Shown piece by piece: positions 27,401 to 41,000 of a stretch of DNA of 64,000 bases (positions within the stretch are counted from its first letter, which is position 1; each line of letters starts with the position of its first letter). Position numbers and translations under genes: made by a program. The notes below the pieces were generated by a model. That model was not told the origin of the DNA. It searched no databases and saw only the letters and a list, made by a program, of their open reading frames with translations. Origin of the DNA: Eledone cirrhosa (lineage: Eukaryota); the NCBI GenBank assembly GCA_964016885.1, contig OZ024740.1, positions 296,422,001 through 296,486,000 on the forward strand, written 5' to 3'.

Positions 27401-30400
27401 CATTTTTTATTTGGGTGATCCATTTTTTATTTGGGGGATCCATTTTTTATTTGGGTGATCCATTTTTTATTTGGGGGATCCAGTTTTTGTTTGGGTGATC
27501 CATTTTTTATTTGGGGGATCCATTTTTTATTTGGGTGATCCATATTTTATTTAGGGGATCCATTTTTTATTTGGGTGATCCATTTTTTATTTGGGTGATC
27601 CATTTTTTATTTGGGTGATCCATTTTTTATTTTGGGGATCTATTTTTTATTTGGGTGATCCATTTTTTATTTGGGGGATCCATTTTTTTTTTGGTGATCC
27701 ATTTTTTATTTGGGGATCCATTTTTTATTTGGGGGATCCATTTTTTATTTGGGTGATCCATTTTTTATTTGGGGGATCCATTTTTTATTTGGGTGATCCA
27801 TTTTTAATTTGGGGATCCATTTTTTATTTGGGTGATCCATTTTTTATTTGGGGGATCCATTTTTTATATGGGTGATCCATTTTTTATTTGGGGGATCCAT
27901 TTTGTATTTGGGTGATCCATTTTTTATTTGGGGGATCCATTTTTTATTTGGGGGATCCATTTTTTATTTGGGTGATCCACATTTTATTTGGGTGATCCAA
28001 TTTTTATTTGAGGGATCCATTTTTTATTTGGGTGATCCATTTTTTATTTGGGTGATCCATTTTTTATTTGGGTGATCCATTTTCTATTTGGGTGATCCAT
28101 TTTTTATTTGGGGTTTCCATTTTTTATTTGGATGATCCATTTTTTATTTGGGGGATCCATTTTTTATTTGGGCGATCCAATTTTTATTTGGGTGATCCAT
28201 TTTTTTATTGGGCGATCCATTTTTTATTTGGGTGATCCATTTTTTATTTGGGGGATCCATTATTTATTTGTGTGATCCATTTTATATTTGGGGGATCCAT
28301 TTTTTATTTGGGTGATCCATTTTTTATTTTGGAGATCCATTTTTTATTTGGGGGATCCATTTTTTATTTGGGTGATCCATTTTTTATTTGGGTGATCCAT
28401 TTTTTATTTGTTGGATCCATTTTTTATTTGGGGGATCCATTTTTTATTTGGGGGCTCCATTTTTTATTTGGGGGATCCATTTTACATTTGGGTGATCCAT
28501 TTTTTATTTGGGTGATCCATTTTTTATTTGGCGGATCCATTTTTATTTGGGGGATCCATTTTTTATTTGTGTGATCCATTTTTTATTTGGCAGATCCATT
28601 TTTTATTTGGGGGATCCATTTTTTATTTGGGTGATCCATTTTTTATTTGGGGGATCCATTTTTTATTTGGGTGATCCATTTTTTATTTGGGTGATCCAGT
28701 TTTTGTTTGGATGATCCATTTTTTATTTGGGGGATCCATTTTTTATTTGGGTGATCCATTTTTTATTTGTTGGATCCATTTTTTATTTGGGGGATCCATT
28801 TTTTATTTGGGGGTTCCATTTTTTATTTGGGGGATCCATTTTACATTTGGGTGATCCATTTTTTATTTGGGTGATCCATTTTTTATTTGGGGGATCCATT
28901 TTTTATTTGGGTGATACATTTTTTATTTGGGGGATCCATTTTTTATTTGGGTGATCCATTTTTTATTTGGGTGATCCATATTTTATTTGGGTGATCCATT
29001 TTTTATTTGGGGGATCCATTTTTTATTAGGGTGATCCAATTTTTTATTTGGGTGATCCATTTTTTATTTGGGTGATCCATTTTTTATTTGGGTGATCCAT
29101 TTTTTATTTGGGGGATCCATTTTTTATTTGGGTGATCCATTTTTGATTTGGGTGATCCATTTTTTATTTGGGGGATCCATTTTTTATTTGGGTGATCCAT
29201 TTTTTATTTGGGGGATCCATTTTTTATTTGGGAGATCCATTTTTGATTTGGGTGATCCATTTTTTATTTGGGTGATTCATTTTTTATTTGTTGGATCCAT
29301 TTTTTATTTGGGGGATCCATTTTTATTTGGGGGACCCTATTTTTATTTGGGGGATCCATTTTACATTTGGGTGATCCATTTTTTATTTGGGTGATCCATT
29401 TTTTATTTGGTGGATCCATTTTTTATTTGGGGTATCCATTTTTTATTTGGGTGATCCATTTTTTATTTGGGGGATCCATTTTTTATTTGGGTTATCCATT
29501 TTTTATTTGGGTGATCCATTTTTTATTTGGGTGATCCATTTTTTATTTGTTGGATCCATTTTTAATTTGGGGGATCCATTTTTTATTTGGGGGTTCCATT
29601 TTTTATTTGGGGGATCCATTTTACATTTGGGTGATCCATTTTTTATTTGGGTGATCCATTTTTTATTTGGGGGATCCATTTTTTATTTGGGTGATCCATT
29701 TTTTATTTGGGTGATCCAGTTTTTGTTTGGGTGATCCATTTTTTATTTGGGGGATCCATTTTTCATTTGGGTGACCCATTTTTTATTCGGGGGATCCATT
29801 TTTTATTTGGGGGATCCATTTTTTATTTGGGGGTTCCATTTTTTATTTGGGTGATCCATTTTTTATTTGGGGGATCCATTTTTTATTTAGGTGATCCATT
29901 TTTTAGTTGGGTGATCCATTTTTATTTGGGGGATCCATTTTTTATTTGTGTGATCCATTTTTTATTTGGCGGATCCATTTTTTATTTGGGGGATCCATTT
30001 TTTATTTGGGTGATCCATTTTTTATTTGGGGTATCCATTTTTTATTAGGGTGATACATTTTTTATTTGGGGGATCCATTTTTTATTTGGGTGATCCATTT
30101 TTTATTTGGGTGATCCATATTTTATTTGCGTGATCCATTTTTTATTTGGGTGATCCATTTTTTATTTGGGTGATCCATTTTTTATTTGGGGGATCCATTT
30201 TTTATTTGGGTGATCCATTTTTTATTTGGGTGATCCATTTTTTATTTGGGGGATCCATTTTTTTTTGGGGTGATCCATTTTTTATTTGGGGGATCCAGTT
30301 TTTGTTTGGGTGATCCATTTTTTATTTGGGGGATCCATTTTTTATTTGGGTGATCCATATTTTATTTAGGGGATCCATTTTTTATTTGGGTGATCCATTT

Positions 30401-30680
30401 TTTATTTGGGTGATCCATTTTTTATTTGGGTGATCCATTTTTTATTTTGGGGATCTATTTTTTATTTGGGTGATCCATTTTTTATTTGGGGGATCCATTT
30501 TTTTTTTGGTGATCCATTTTTTATTTGGGGATCCATTTTTTATTTGGGGGATCCATTTTTTATTTGGGTGATCCATTTTTTATTTGGGGGATCCATTTTT
30601 TATTTGGGTGATCCATTTTTAATTTGGGGATCCATTTTTTATTTGGGTGATCCATTTTTTATTTGGGGGATCCATTTTTT
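21500..30680 (+). repeat. Near-perfect tandem duplication, 4591-bp unit x2, with internal 2.8-2.9 kb repeat
   Basis: Constant 4591 offset for ORF starts from 21542/26133 to 25815/30406; internal offsets 2935 (21542/24477) and 2815 (23000/25815). Confidence 0.93.
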
Positions 30681-31368
30681 ATATGGGTGATCCATTTTTT
30701 ATTTGGGGGATCCATTTTGTATTTGGGTGATCCATTTTTTATTTGGGGGATCCATTTTTTATTTGGGGGATCCATTTTTTATTTGGGTGATCCACATTTT
30801 ATTTGGGTGATCCAATTTTTATTTGAGGGATCCATTTTTTATTTGGGTGATCCATTTTTTATTTGGGTGATCCATTTTTTATTTGGGTGATCCATTTTCT
30901 ATTTGGGTGATCCATTTTTTATTTGGGGTTTCCATTTTTTATTTGGATGATCCATTTTTTATTTGGGGGATCCATTTTTTATTTGGGCGATCCAATTTTT
31001 ATTTGGGTGATCCATTTTTTTATTGGGCGATCCATTTTTTATTTGGGTGATCCATTTTTTATTTGGGGGATCCATTATTTATTTGTGTGATCCATTTTAT
31101 ATTTGGGGGATCCATTTTTTATTTGGGTGATCCATTTTTTATTTTGGAGATCCATTTTTTATTTGGGGGATCCATTTTTTATTTGGGTGATCCATTTTTT
31201 ATTTGGGTGATCCATTTTTTATTTGTTGGATCCATTTTTTATTTGGGGTATCCATTTTTTATTTGGGGGCTCCATTTTTTATTTGGGGGATCCATTTTAC
31301 ATTTGGGTGATCCATTTTTTATTTGGGTGATCCATTTTTTATTTGGGGGTTCCATTTTTTATTTGGGG

Positions 31369-31412
31369 GATCCATCAAATAAAAAATGGATCCCCCAAAT
31401 AAAAAATGGATC
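31369..31412 (-). repeat. Inverted island 12, type C (2 monomers)
   Basis: Same as island 5. Confidence 0.95.
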
Positions 31413-31844
31413 CATTTTTTATTTGGGTGATCCATTTTTTATTTGGGGGATCCATTTTTTATTTGGGTGATCCAGTTTTTGTTTGGGTGATCCATTTTTT
31501 ATTTGGGGGATCCATTTTTTATTTGGGTGATCCATATTTTATTTAGGGGATCGATTTTTTATTTGGTGATCCATTTTTTATTTGGGTGATCCATTCTTTA
31601 TTTGGGTGATCCATTTTTTATTTTGGGGATCTATTTTTTATTTGGGTGATCCATTTTTTATTTGGGGATCCATTTTTTATTTGGGTGATCCATTTTTTAT
31701 TTGGGGGATCCATTTTTTATTTGGGGGATCCATTTTTTATTTGGGTGATCCATTTTTTATTTGGGGGATCCATTTTTTATTTGGGTGATCCATTTTTTAT
31801 TTGGGGGATCCATTTTTTATTTGGGGGGCCATTTTTTATTTGGG

Positions 31845-31928
31845 GATCCATCAAATAAAAAATGGATCACCCAAATAAAAAATGGATCACCCAAATAAAA
31901 AATGGATCCCTCAAATAAAAAATGGATC
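31845..31928 (-). repeat. Inverted island 13, type D
   Basis: Same as island 6. Confidence 0.95.
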
Positions 31929-32722
31929 CATTTTTTATTTGGGGGATCCATTTTTTATTTGGGGGTTCCATTTTTTATTTGGGGGATCCATTTTACATTT
32001 GGGTGATCCATTTTTTATTTGGGTGATCCATATTTTATTTGGGGGATCCATTTTTTATTTGGGGGATCCATTTTTTATTTGGGTGATCCATTTTTTATTT
32101 GGGGGATCCATTTTTTATTTAGGTGATCCATTCTTTAGTTGGGTGATCCATTTATATTTGGGGGATCCATTTTTTATTTGGGTGATCCATTTTTTATTTG
32201 GGGGATCCATTTTTTATTTGGGAGATCCATTTTTTATTTGGGTGATCCATTTTTTATTTGGGTGATCCATTTTTTATTTGTTGGATCCATTTTTTATTTG
32301 GGGGATCCATTTTTATTTGGGGGACCCTATTTTTATTTGGGGGATCCATTTTACATTTGGGGTATCCATTTTTTATTTGGGTGATCCATTTTTTATTTGG
32401 GGGATCCATTTTTTATTTGGGTGATCCATTTTTTATTTGGGTGATCCATTTTTTATTTGGGTGATCCATTTTATATTTGTTGGATCCATTTTTTATTTGG
32501 TGGATCGACTTTTTATTTGGGGGTTCCATTTTTTATTTGGGGGATCCATTTTACATTTGGGTGATCCATTTTTTATTTGGGTGATCCATTTTTTATTTGG
32601 GGGATGCATTTTTTATTTGGGTGATCCATTTTTTATTTGGGGGATCCATTTTTCATTTGGGTGATCCATTTTCTCTTTGGGGGATCGATTTTTTATTTGG
32701 GGGTTCCATTTTTTATTTGGGG

Positions 32723-32806
32723 GATCCATCAAATAAAAAATGGATCACCCAAATAAAAAATGGATCACCCAAATAAAAAATGGATCCCCCAAATAGAAAA
32801 TGGATC
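32723..32806 (-). repeat. Inverted island 14, type E
   Basis: Same as island 7. Confidence 0.95.
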
Positions 32807-33837
32807 CATTTTTTATTTGGGTGATCCATATTTTATTTGGGTGATCCATTTTTATTTGGGGGATCCATTTTTTATTTGTGTGATCCATTTTTTATTTGGC
32901 GGATCCATTTTTTATTTGGAGGATCCATTTTTTATTTGGGGATCCATTTTTTATTTAGGTGATCCATTTTTTAGTTGGGTGATCCATTTTTATTTGGGGG
33001 ATCCATTTTTTATTTGTGTGATCCATTTTTTATTTGGCGGATCCATTTTTATTTGGGGGATCCATTTTTTATTTGTGTGATCCATTTTTTATTTGGCAGA
33101 TCCATTTTTTATTTGGGGGAACCATTTTTTATTTGGGTGATCCATTTTTTATTTGGCGGATCCATTTTTTATTTGGGTGATCCATTTTTTATTTGGGGGA
33201 TCCATTTTTTATTTGGGTGATCCATTTTTTATTTGGGTGATCCATTTTTGATTTGGGTGATCCATTTTTTATTTGGGGGATCCATTTTTTATTTGGGTGA
33301 TCCATTTTTTATTTGGGGGATCCATTTTTTATTTGGGAGATCCATTTTTTATTTGGGTGATCCATTTTTTATTTGGGTGATCCATTTTTTATTTGTTGGA
33401 TCCATTTTTTATTTGGGGGATCCATTTTTATTTGGGGGACCCTATTTTTATTTGGGGGATCCATTTTACATTTGGGGTATCCATTTTTTATTTGGGTGAT
33501 CCATTTTTTATTTGGGGGATCCATTTTTTATTTGGGTGATCCATTTTTTATTTGGGTGATCCATTTTTTATTTGGGTGATCCATTTTTTATTTGTTGGAT
33601 CCATTTTTTATTTGGTGGATCGACTTTTTATTTGGGGGTTCCATTTTTTATTTGGGGGATCCATTTTACATTTGGGTGATCCATTTTTTATTTGGGTGAT
33701 CCATTTTTTATTTGGGGCATCCATTTTTTATTTGGGTGATCCATTTTTTATTTGGGGGATCCATTTTTTATTTGGGTGATCCATTTTCTATTTGGGGGAT
33801 CGATTTTTTATTTGGGGGTTCCATTTTTTATTTGGGG

Positions 33838-33921
33838 GATCCATCAAATAAAAAATGGATCACCCAAATAAAAAATGGATCACCCAAATAAAAAATGGAT
33901 CCCCCAAATAGAAAATGGATC
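33838..33921 (-). repeat. Inverted island 15, type E
   Basis: AAATAGAAAA variant. Confidence 0.95.
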
Positions 33922-36844
33922 CATTTTTTATTTGGGTGATCCATATTTTATTTGGGTGATCCATTTTTATTTGGGGGATCCATTTTTTATTTGTGTGATC
34001 CATTTTTTATTTGGCGGATCCATTTTTTATTTGGAGGATCCATTTTTTATTTGGGGATCCATTTTTTATTTAGGTGATCCATTTTTTAGTTGGGTGATCC
34101 ATTTTTATTTGGGGGATCCATTTTTTATTTGTGTGATCCATTTTTTATTTGGCGGATCCATTTTTATTTGGGGGATCCATTTTTTATTTGTGTGATCCAT
34201 TTTTTATTTGGCAGATCCATTTTTATTTGGGGGAACCATTTTTTATTTGGGTGATCCATTTTTTATTTGGCGGATCCATTTTTTATTTGGGTGATCCATT
34301 TTTTATTTGGGGGATCCATTTTTTATTTGGGTGATCCATTTTTTATTTGGGTGATCCATTTTTGATTTGGGTGATCCATTTTTTATTTGGGGGATCCATT
34401 TTTTATTTGGGTGATCCATTTTTTATTTGGGTGATCCATTTTTTATTTGGGAGATCCATTTTTTATTTTGGTGACCCATTTTTTATTTTGGTGATCCATT
34501 TTTTATTTGTTGGATCCATTTTTTATTTGGGGGATCTATTTTTATTTGGGGGTCCCTATTTTTATTTGGGGGATCCATTTTACATTTGGGTGATCCATTT
34601 TTTATTTGGGTGATCCATTTTTTATTTGGTGGATCCATTTTTTATTTGGGGTATCCATTTTTTATTTGGGTGATCCATTTTTTATTTGGGGGATCCATTT
34701 TTTATTTGGGTGATCCATTTTTTATTTGGGTGATCCATTTTTTATTTGGGTGATCCATTTTTTATTTGTTGGATCCATTTTTTATTTGGGGGATCCATTT
34801 TTTATTTGGGGGTTCCATTTTTTATTTGGGGGATCCATTTTACATTTGGGTGATCCATTTTTTATTTGGGTGATCCATTTTTTATTTGGGGGATCCATTT
34901 TTTATTTGGGTGATCCATTTTTTATTTGGGTGATCCAGTTTTTGTTTGGGTGATCCATTTTTTATTTGGGGGATCCATTTTTTATTTGGGTGATCCATTT
35001 TTTATTTGTTGGATCCATTTTTTATTTGGGGGATCCATTTTTTATTTGGGGGATCCATTTTTTATTTGGGTGATCCATTTTTTATTTGGGGGATCCATTT
35101 TTTATTTAGGTGATCCATTTTTTAGTTGGGTGATCCATTTTTTGGGGGGGATCCATTTTTTATTTGTGTGATCCATTTTTTATTTGGCGGATCCATTTTT
35201 ATTTGGGGGATCCATTTTTTATTTGTGTGATCCATTTTTTATTTGGCAGATCCATTTTTTATTTGGGGGATCCATTTTTTATTTGGGTGATCCATTTTTT
35301 ATTTGGGGGATCCATTTTTTATTTGGGTGATCCATTTTTTATTTGGGTGATCCAGTTTTTGTTTGGATGATCCATTTTTTATTTGGGGGATCCATTTTTT
35401 ATTTGGGTGATCCATTTTTTATTTGTTGGATCCATTTTTTATTTGGGGGATCCATTTTTTATTTGGGGGTTCCATTTTTTATTTGGGGGATCCATTTTAC
35501 ATTTGGGTGATCCATTTTTTATTTGGGTGATCCATTTTTTATTTGGGGGATCCATTTTTTATTTAGGGGATCCATTTTTTATTTGGGGGTTCCATTTTTT
35601 ATTTGGGTGATCCATTTATTATTTGGGGGATCCATTTTTTATTTAGGTGATCCATTTTTTAGTTGGGTGATCCATTTTTATTTGGGGGATCCATTTTTTA
35701 TTTGTGTGATCCATTTTTTATTTGGCGGATCCATTTTTTATTTGGGGGATCCATTTTTTATTTGGGGATCCATTTTTTATTTAGGTGATCCATTTTTTAG
35801 TTGGGTGATCCATTTTTATTTGGGGGATCCATTTTTTATTTGTGTGATCCATTTTTTATTTGGCGTATCCATTTTTATTTGGGGGATCCATTTTTTATTT
35901 GTGTGATCCATTTTTTATTTGGCAGATCCATTTTTTATTTGGGGGATCCATTTTTTATTTGGGTGATCCATTTTTTATTTGGGGGATCCATTTTTTATTT
36001 GGGTGATACATTTTTTATTTGGGGGATCCATTTTTTATTTGGGTGATCCATTTTTTATTTGGGTGATCCATATTTTATTTGGGTGATCCATTTTTTATTT
36101 GGGGGATCCATTTTTTATTAGGGTGATCCAATTTTTTATTTGGGTGATCCATTTTTTATTTGGGTGATCCATTTTTTATTTGGGTGATCCATTTTTTATT
36201 TGGGGGATCCATTTTTTATTTGGGTGATCCATTTTTGATTTGGGTGATCCATTTTTTATTTGGGGGATCCATTTTTTATTTGGGTGATCCATTTTTTATT
36301 TGGGGGATCCATTTTTTATTTGGGAGATCCATTTTTGATTTGGGTGATCCATTTTTTATTTGGGTGATTCATTTTTTATTTGTTGGATCCATTTTTTATT
36401 TGGGGGATCCATTTTTATTTGGGGGACCCTATTTTTATTTGGGGGATCCATTTTACATTTGGGTGATCCATTTTTTATTTGGGTGATCCATTTTTTATTT
36501 GGTGGATCCATTTTTTATTTGGGGTATCCATTTTTTATTTGGGTGATCCATTTTTTATTTGGGGGATCCATTTTTTATTTGGGTTATCCATTTTTTATTT
36601 GGGTGATCCATTTTTTATTTGGGTGATCCATTTTTTATTTGTTGGATCCATTTTTTATTTGGGGGATCCATTTTTTATTTGGGGGTTCCATTTTTTATTT
36701 TGGGGATCCATTTTACATTTGGGTGATCCATTTTTTATTTGGGTGATCCATTTTTTATTTGGTGGATCCATTTTTTATTTGGGTGATCCATTTTTTATTT
36801 GGGTGATCCAGTTTTTGTTTGGGTGATCCATTTTTTATTTGGGG

Positions 36845-36928
36845 GATCCATCAAATAAAAAATGGATCACCCAAATAAAAAATGGATCACCCAAATAAAA
36901 AATGGATCCCCCAAATAGAAAATGGATC
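36845..36928 (-). repeat. Inverted island 16, type E, at the junction of the 4122-bp duplication
   Basis: AAATAGAAAA variant; lacks the usual upstream TTTTCT/GATCG/GTTCC units. Confidence 0.95.
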
Positions 36929-37959
36929 CATTTTTTATTTGGGTGATCCATATTTTATTTGGGTGATCCATTTTTATTTGGGGGATCCATTTTTTATTTG
37001 TGTGATCCATTTTTTATTTGGCGGATCCATTTTTTATTTGGAGGATCTATTTTTTATTTGGGGATCCATTTTTTATTTAGGTGATCCATTTTTTAGTTGG
37101 GTGATCCATTTTTATTTGGGGGATCCATTTTTTATTTGTGTGATCCATTTTTTATTTGGCGGATCCATTTTTATTTGGGGGATCCATTTTTTATTTGTGT
37201 GATCCATTTTTTATTTGGCAGATCCATTTTTTATTTGGGGGAACCATTTTTTATTTGGGTGATCCATTTTTTATTTGGCGGATCCATTTTTTATTTGGGT
37301 GATCCATTTTTTATTTGGGGGATCCATTTTTTATTTGGGTGATCCATTTTTTATTTGGGTGATCCATTTTTGATTTGGGTGATCCATTTTTTATTTGGGG
37401 GATCCATTTTTTATTTGGGTGATCCATTTTTTATTTGGGGGTTCCATTTTTTATTTGGGAGATCCATTTTTTATTTGGGTGATCCATTTTTTATTTGGGT
37501 GATCCATTTTTTATTTGTTGGATCCATTTTTTATTTGGGGGATCCATTTTTATTTGGGGGACCCTATTTTTATTTGGGGGATCCATTTTACATTTGGGGT
37601 ATCCATTTTTTATTTGGGTGATCCATTTTTTATTTGGGGGATCCATTTTTTATTTGGGTGATCCATTTTTTATTTGGGTGAGCCATTTTTTATTTGGGTG
37701 ATCCATTTTTTATTTGTTGGATCCATTTTTTATTTGGTGGATCGACTTTTTATTTGGGGGTTCCATTTTTTATTTGGGGGATCCATTTTACATTTGGGTG
37801 ATCCATTTTTTATTTGGGTGATCCATTTTTTATTTGGGGGATCCATTTTTTATTTGGGTGATCCATTTTTTATTTGGGGTATCCATTTTTTATTTGGGTG
37901 ATCCATTTTCTATTTGGGGGATCGATTTTTTATTTGGGGGTTCCATTTTTTATTTGGGG

Positions 37960-38043
37960 GATCCATCAAATAAAAAATGGATCACCCAAATAAAAAATGG
38001 ATCACCCAAATAAAAAATGGATCCCCCAAATAGAAAATGGATC
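37960..38043 (-). repeat. Inverted island 17, type E
   Basis: AAATAGAAAA variant. Confidence 0.95.
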
Positions 38044-41000
38044 CATTTTTTATTTGGGTGATCCATATTTTATTTGGGTGATCCATTTTTATTTGGGGGA
38101 TCCATTTTTTATTTGTGTGATCCATTTTTTATTTGGCGGATCCATTTTTTATTTGGAGGATCCATTTTTTATTTGGGGATCCATTTTTTATTTAGGTGAT
38201 CCATTTTTTAGTTGGGTGATCCATTTTTATTTGGGGGATCCATTTTTTATTTGTGTGATCCATTTTTTATTTGGCGGATCCATTTTTATTTGGGGGATCC
38301 ATTTTTTATTTGTGTGATCCATTTTTTATTTGGCAGATCCATTTTTTATTTGGGGGAACCATTTTTTATTTGGGTGATCCATTTTTTATTTGGCGGATCC
38401 ATTTTTTATTTGGGTGATCCATTTTTTATTTGGGGGATCCATTTTTTATTTGGGTGATCCATTTTTTATTTGGGTGATCCATTTTTGATTTGGGTGATCC
38501 ATTTTTTATTTGGGGGATCCATTTTTTATTTGGGTGATCCATTTTTTATTTGGGTGATCCATTTTTTATTTGGGAGATCCATTTTTTATTTTGGTGACCC
38601 ATTTTTTATTTTGGTGATCCATTTTTTATTTGTTGGATCCATTTTTTATTTGGGGGATCTATTTTTATTTGGGGGTCCCTATTTTTATTTGGGGGATCCA
38701 TTTTACATTTGGGTGATCCATTTTTTATTTGGGTGATCCATTTTTTATTTGGTGGATCCATTTTTTATTTGGGGTATCCATTTTTTATTTGGGTGATCCA
38801 TTTTTTATTTGGGGGATCCATTTTTTATTTGGGTGATCCATTTTTTATTTGGGTGATCCATTTTTTATTTGGGTGATCCATTTTTTATTTGTTGGATCCA
38901 TTTTTTATTTGGGGGATCCATTTTTTATTTGGGGGTTCCATTTTTTATTCGGGGGATCCATTTTACATTTGGGTGATCCATTTTTTATTTGGGTGATCCA
39001 TTTTTTATTTGGGGGATCCATTTTTTATTTGGGTGATCCATTTTTTATTTGGGTGATCCAGTTTTTGTTTGGGTGATCCATTTTTTATTTGGGGGATCCA
39101 TTTTTAATTTGGGTGATCCATTTTTTATTTGTTGGATCCATTTTTTATTTGGGGGATCCATTTTTTATTTGGGGGATCCATTTTTTATTTGGGTGATCCA
39201 TTTTTTATTTGGGGGATCCATTTTTTATTTAGGTGATCCATTTTTTAGTTGGGTGAACCATTTTTGGGGGGGGGATCCATTTTTTATTTGTGTGATCCAT
39301 TTTTTATTTGGCGGATCCATTTTTATTTGGGGGATCCATTTTTTATTTGTGTGATCCATTTTTTATTTGGCAGATCCATTTTTTATTTGGGGGATCCATT
39401 TTTTATTTGGGTGATCCATTTTTTATTTGGGGGATCCATTTTTTATTTGGGTGATCCATTTTTTATTTGGGTGATCCAGTTTTTGTTTGGATGATCCATT
39501 TTTTATTTGGGGGATCCATTTTTTATTTGGGTGATCCATTTTTTATTTGTTGGATCCATTTTTTATTTGGGGGATCCATTTTTTATTTGGGGGTTCCATT
39601 TTTTATTTGGGGGATCCATTTTACATTTGGGTGATCCATTTTTTATTTGGGTGATCCATTTTTTATTTGGGGGATCCATTTTTTATTTAGGGGATCCATT
39701 TTTTATTTGGGGGTTCCATTTTTTATTTGGGTGATCCATTTTTTATTTGGGGGATCCATTTTTTATTTAGGTGATCCATTTTTTAGTTGGGTGATCCATT
39801 TTTATTTGGGGGATCCATTTTTTATTTGTGATCCATTTTTTATTTGGCGGATCCATTTTTTATTTGGGGGATCCATTTTTTATTTGGGGATCCATTTTTT
39901 ATTTAGGTGATCCATTTTTTAGTTGGGTGATCCATTTTTATTTGGGGGATCCATTTTTTATTTGTGTGATCCATTTTTTATTTGGCGTATCCATTTTTAT
40001 TTGGGGGATCCATTTTTTATTTGTGTGATCCATTTTTTATTTGGCAGATCCATTTTTTATTTGGGGGATCCATTTTTTATTTGGGTGATCCATTTTTTAT
40101 TTGGGGGATCCATTTTTTATTTGGGTGATACATTTTTTATTTGGGGGATCCATTTTTTATTTGGGTGATCCATTTTTTATTTGGGTGATCCATATTTTAT
40201 TTGGGTGATCCATTTTTTATTTGGGGGATCCATTTTTTATTAGGGTGATCCAATTTTTTATTTGGGTGATCCATTTTTTATTTGGGTGATCTATTTTTTA
40301 TTTGGGTGATCCATTTTTTATTTGGGGGATCCATTTTTTATTTGGGTGATCCATTTTTGATTTGGGTGATCCATTTTTTATTTGGGGGATCCATTTTTTA
40401 TTTGGGTGATCCATTTTTTATTTGGGGGATCCATTTTTTATTTGGGAGATCCATTTTTGATTTGGGTGATCCATTTTTTATTTGGGTGATTCATTTTTTA
40501 TTTGTTGGATCCATTTTTTATTTGGGGGATCCATTTTTATTTGGGGGACCCTATTTTTATTTGGGGGATCCATTTTACATTTGGGTGATCCATTTTTTAT
40601 TTGGGTGATCCATTTTTTATTTGGTGGATCCATTTTTTATTTGGGGTATCCATTTTTTATTTGGGTGATCCATTTTTTATTTGGGGGATCCATTTTTTAT
40701 TTGGGTTATCCATTTTTTATTTGGGTGATCCATTTTTTATTTGGGTGATCCATTTTTTATTTGTTGGATCCATTTTTTATTTGGGGGATCCATTTTTTAT
40801 TTGGGGGTTCCATTTTTTATTTGGGGGATCCATTTTACATTTGGGTGATCCATTTTTTATTTGGGTGATCCATTTTTTATTTGGGGGATACATTTTTTAT
40901 TTGGGTGATCCATTTTTTATTTGGGTGATCCAGTTTTTGTTTGGGTGATCCATTTTTTATTTGGGGGATCCATTTTTCATTTGGGTGATCCATTTTTTAT

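Larger units (their letters stand above)
32723..40970 (+). repeat. Tandem duplication, 4122-bp unit x2, each containing a 1115-bp sub-duplication
   Basis: ORF pairs 32760/36882, 32975/37097, 36160/40282 and 36479/40601; islands 14-15 and 16-17 are each 1115 bp apart. Confidence 0.92.
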
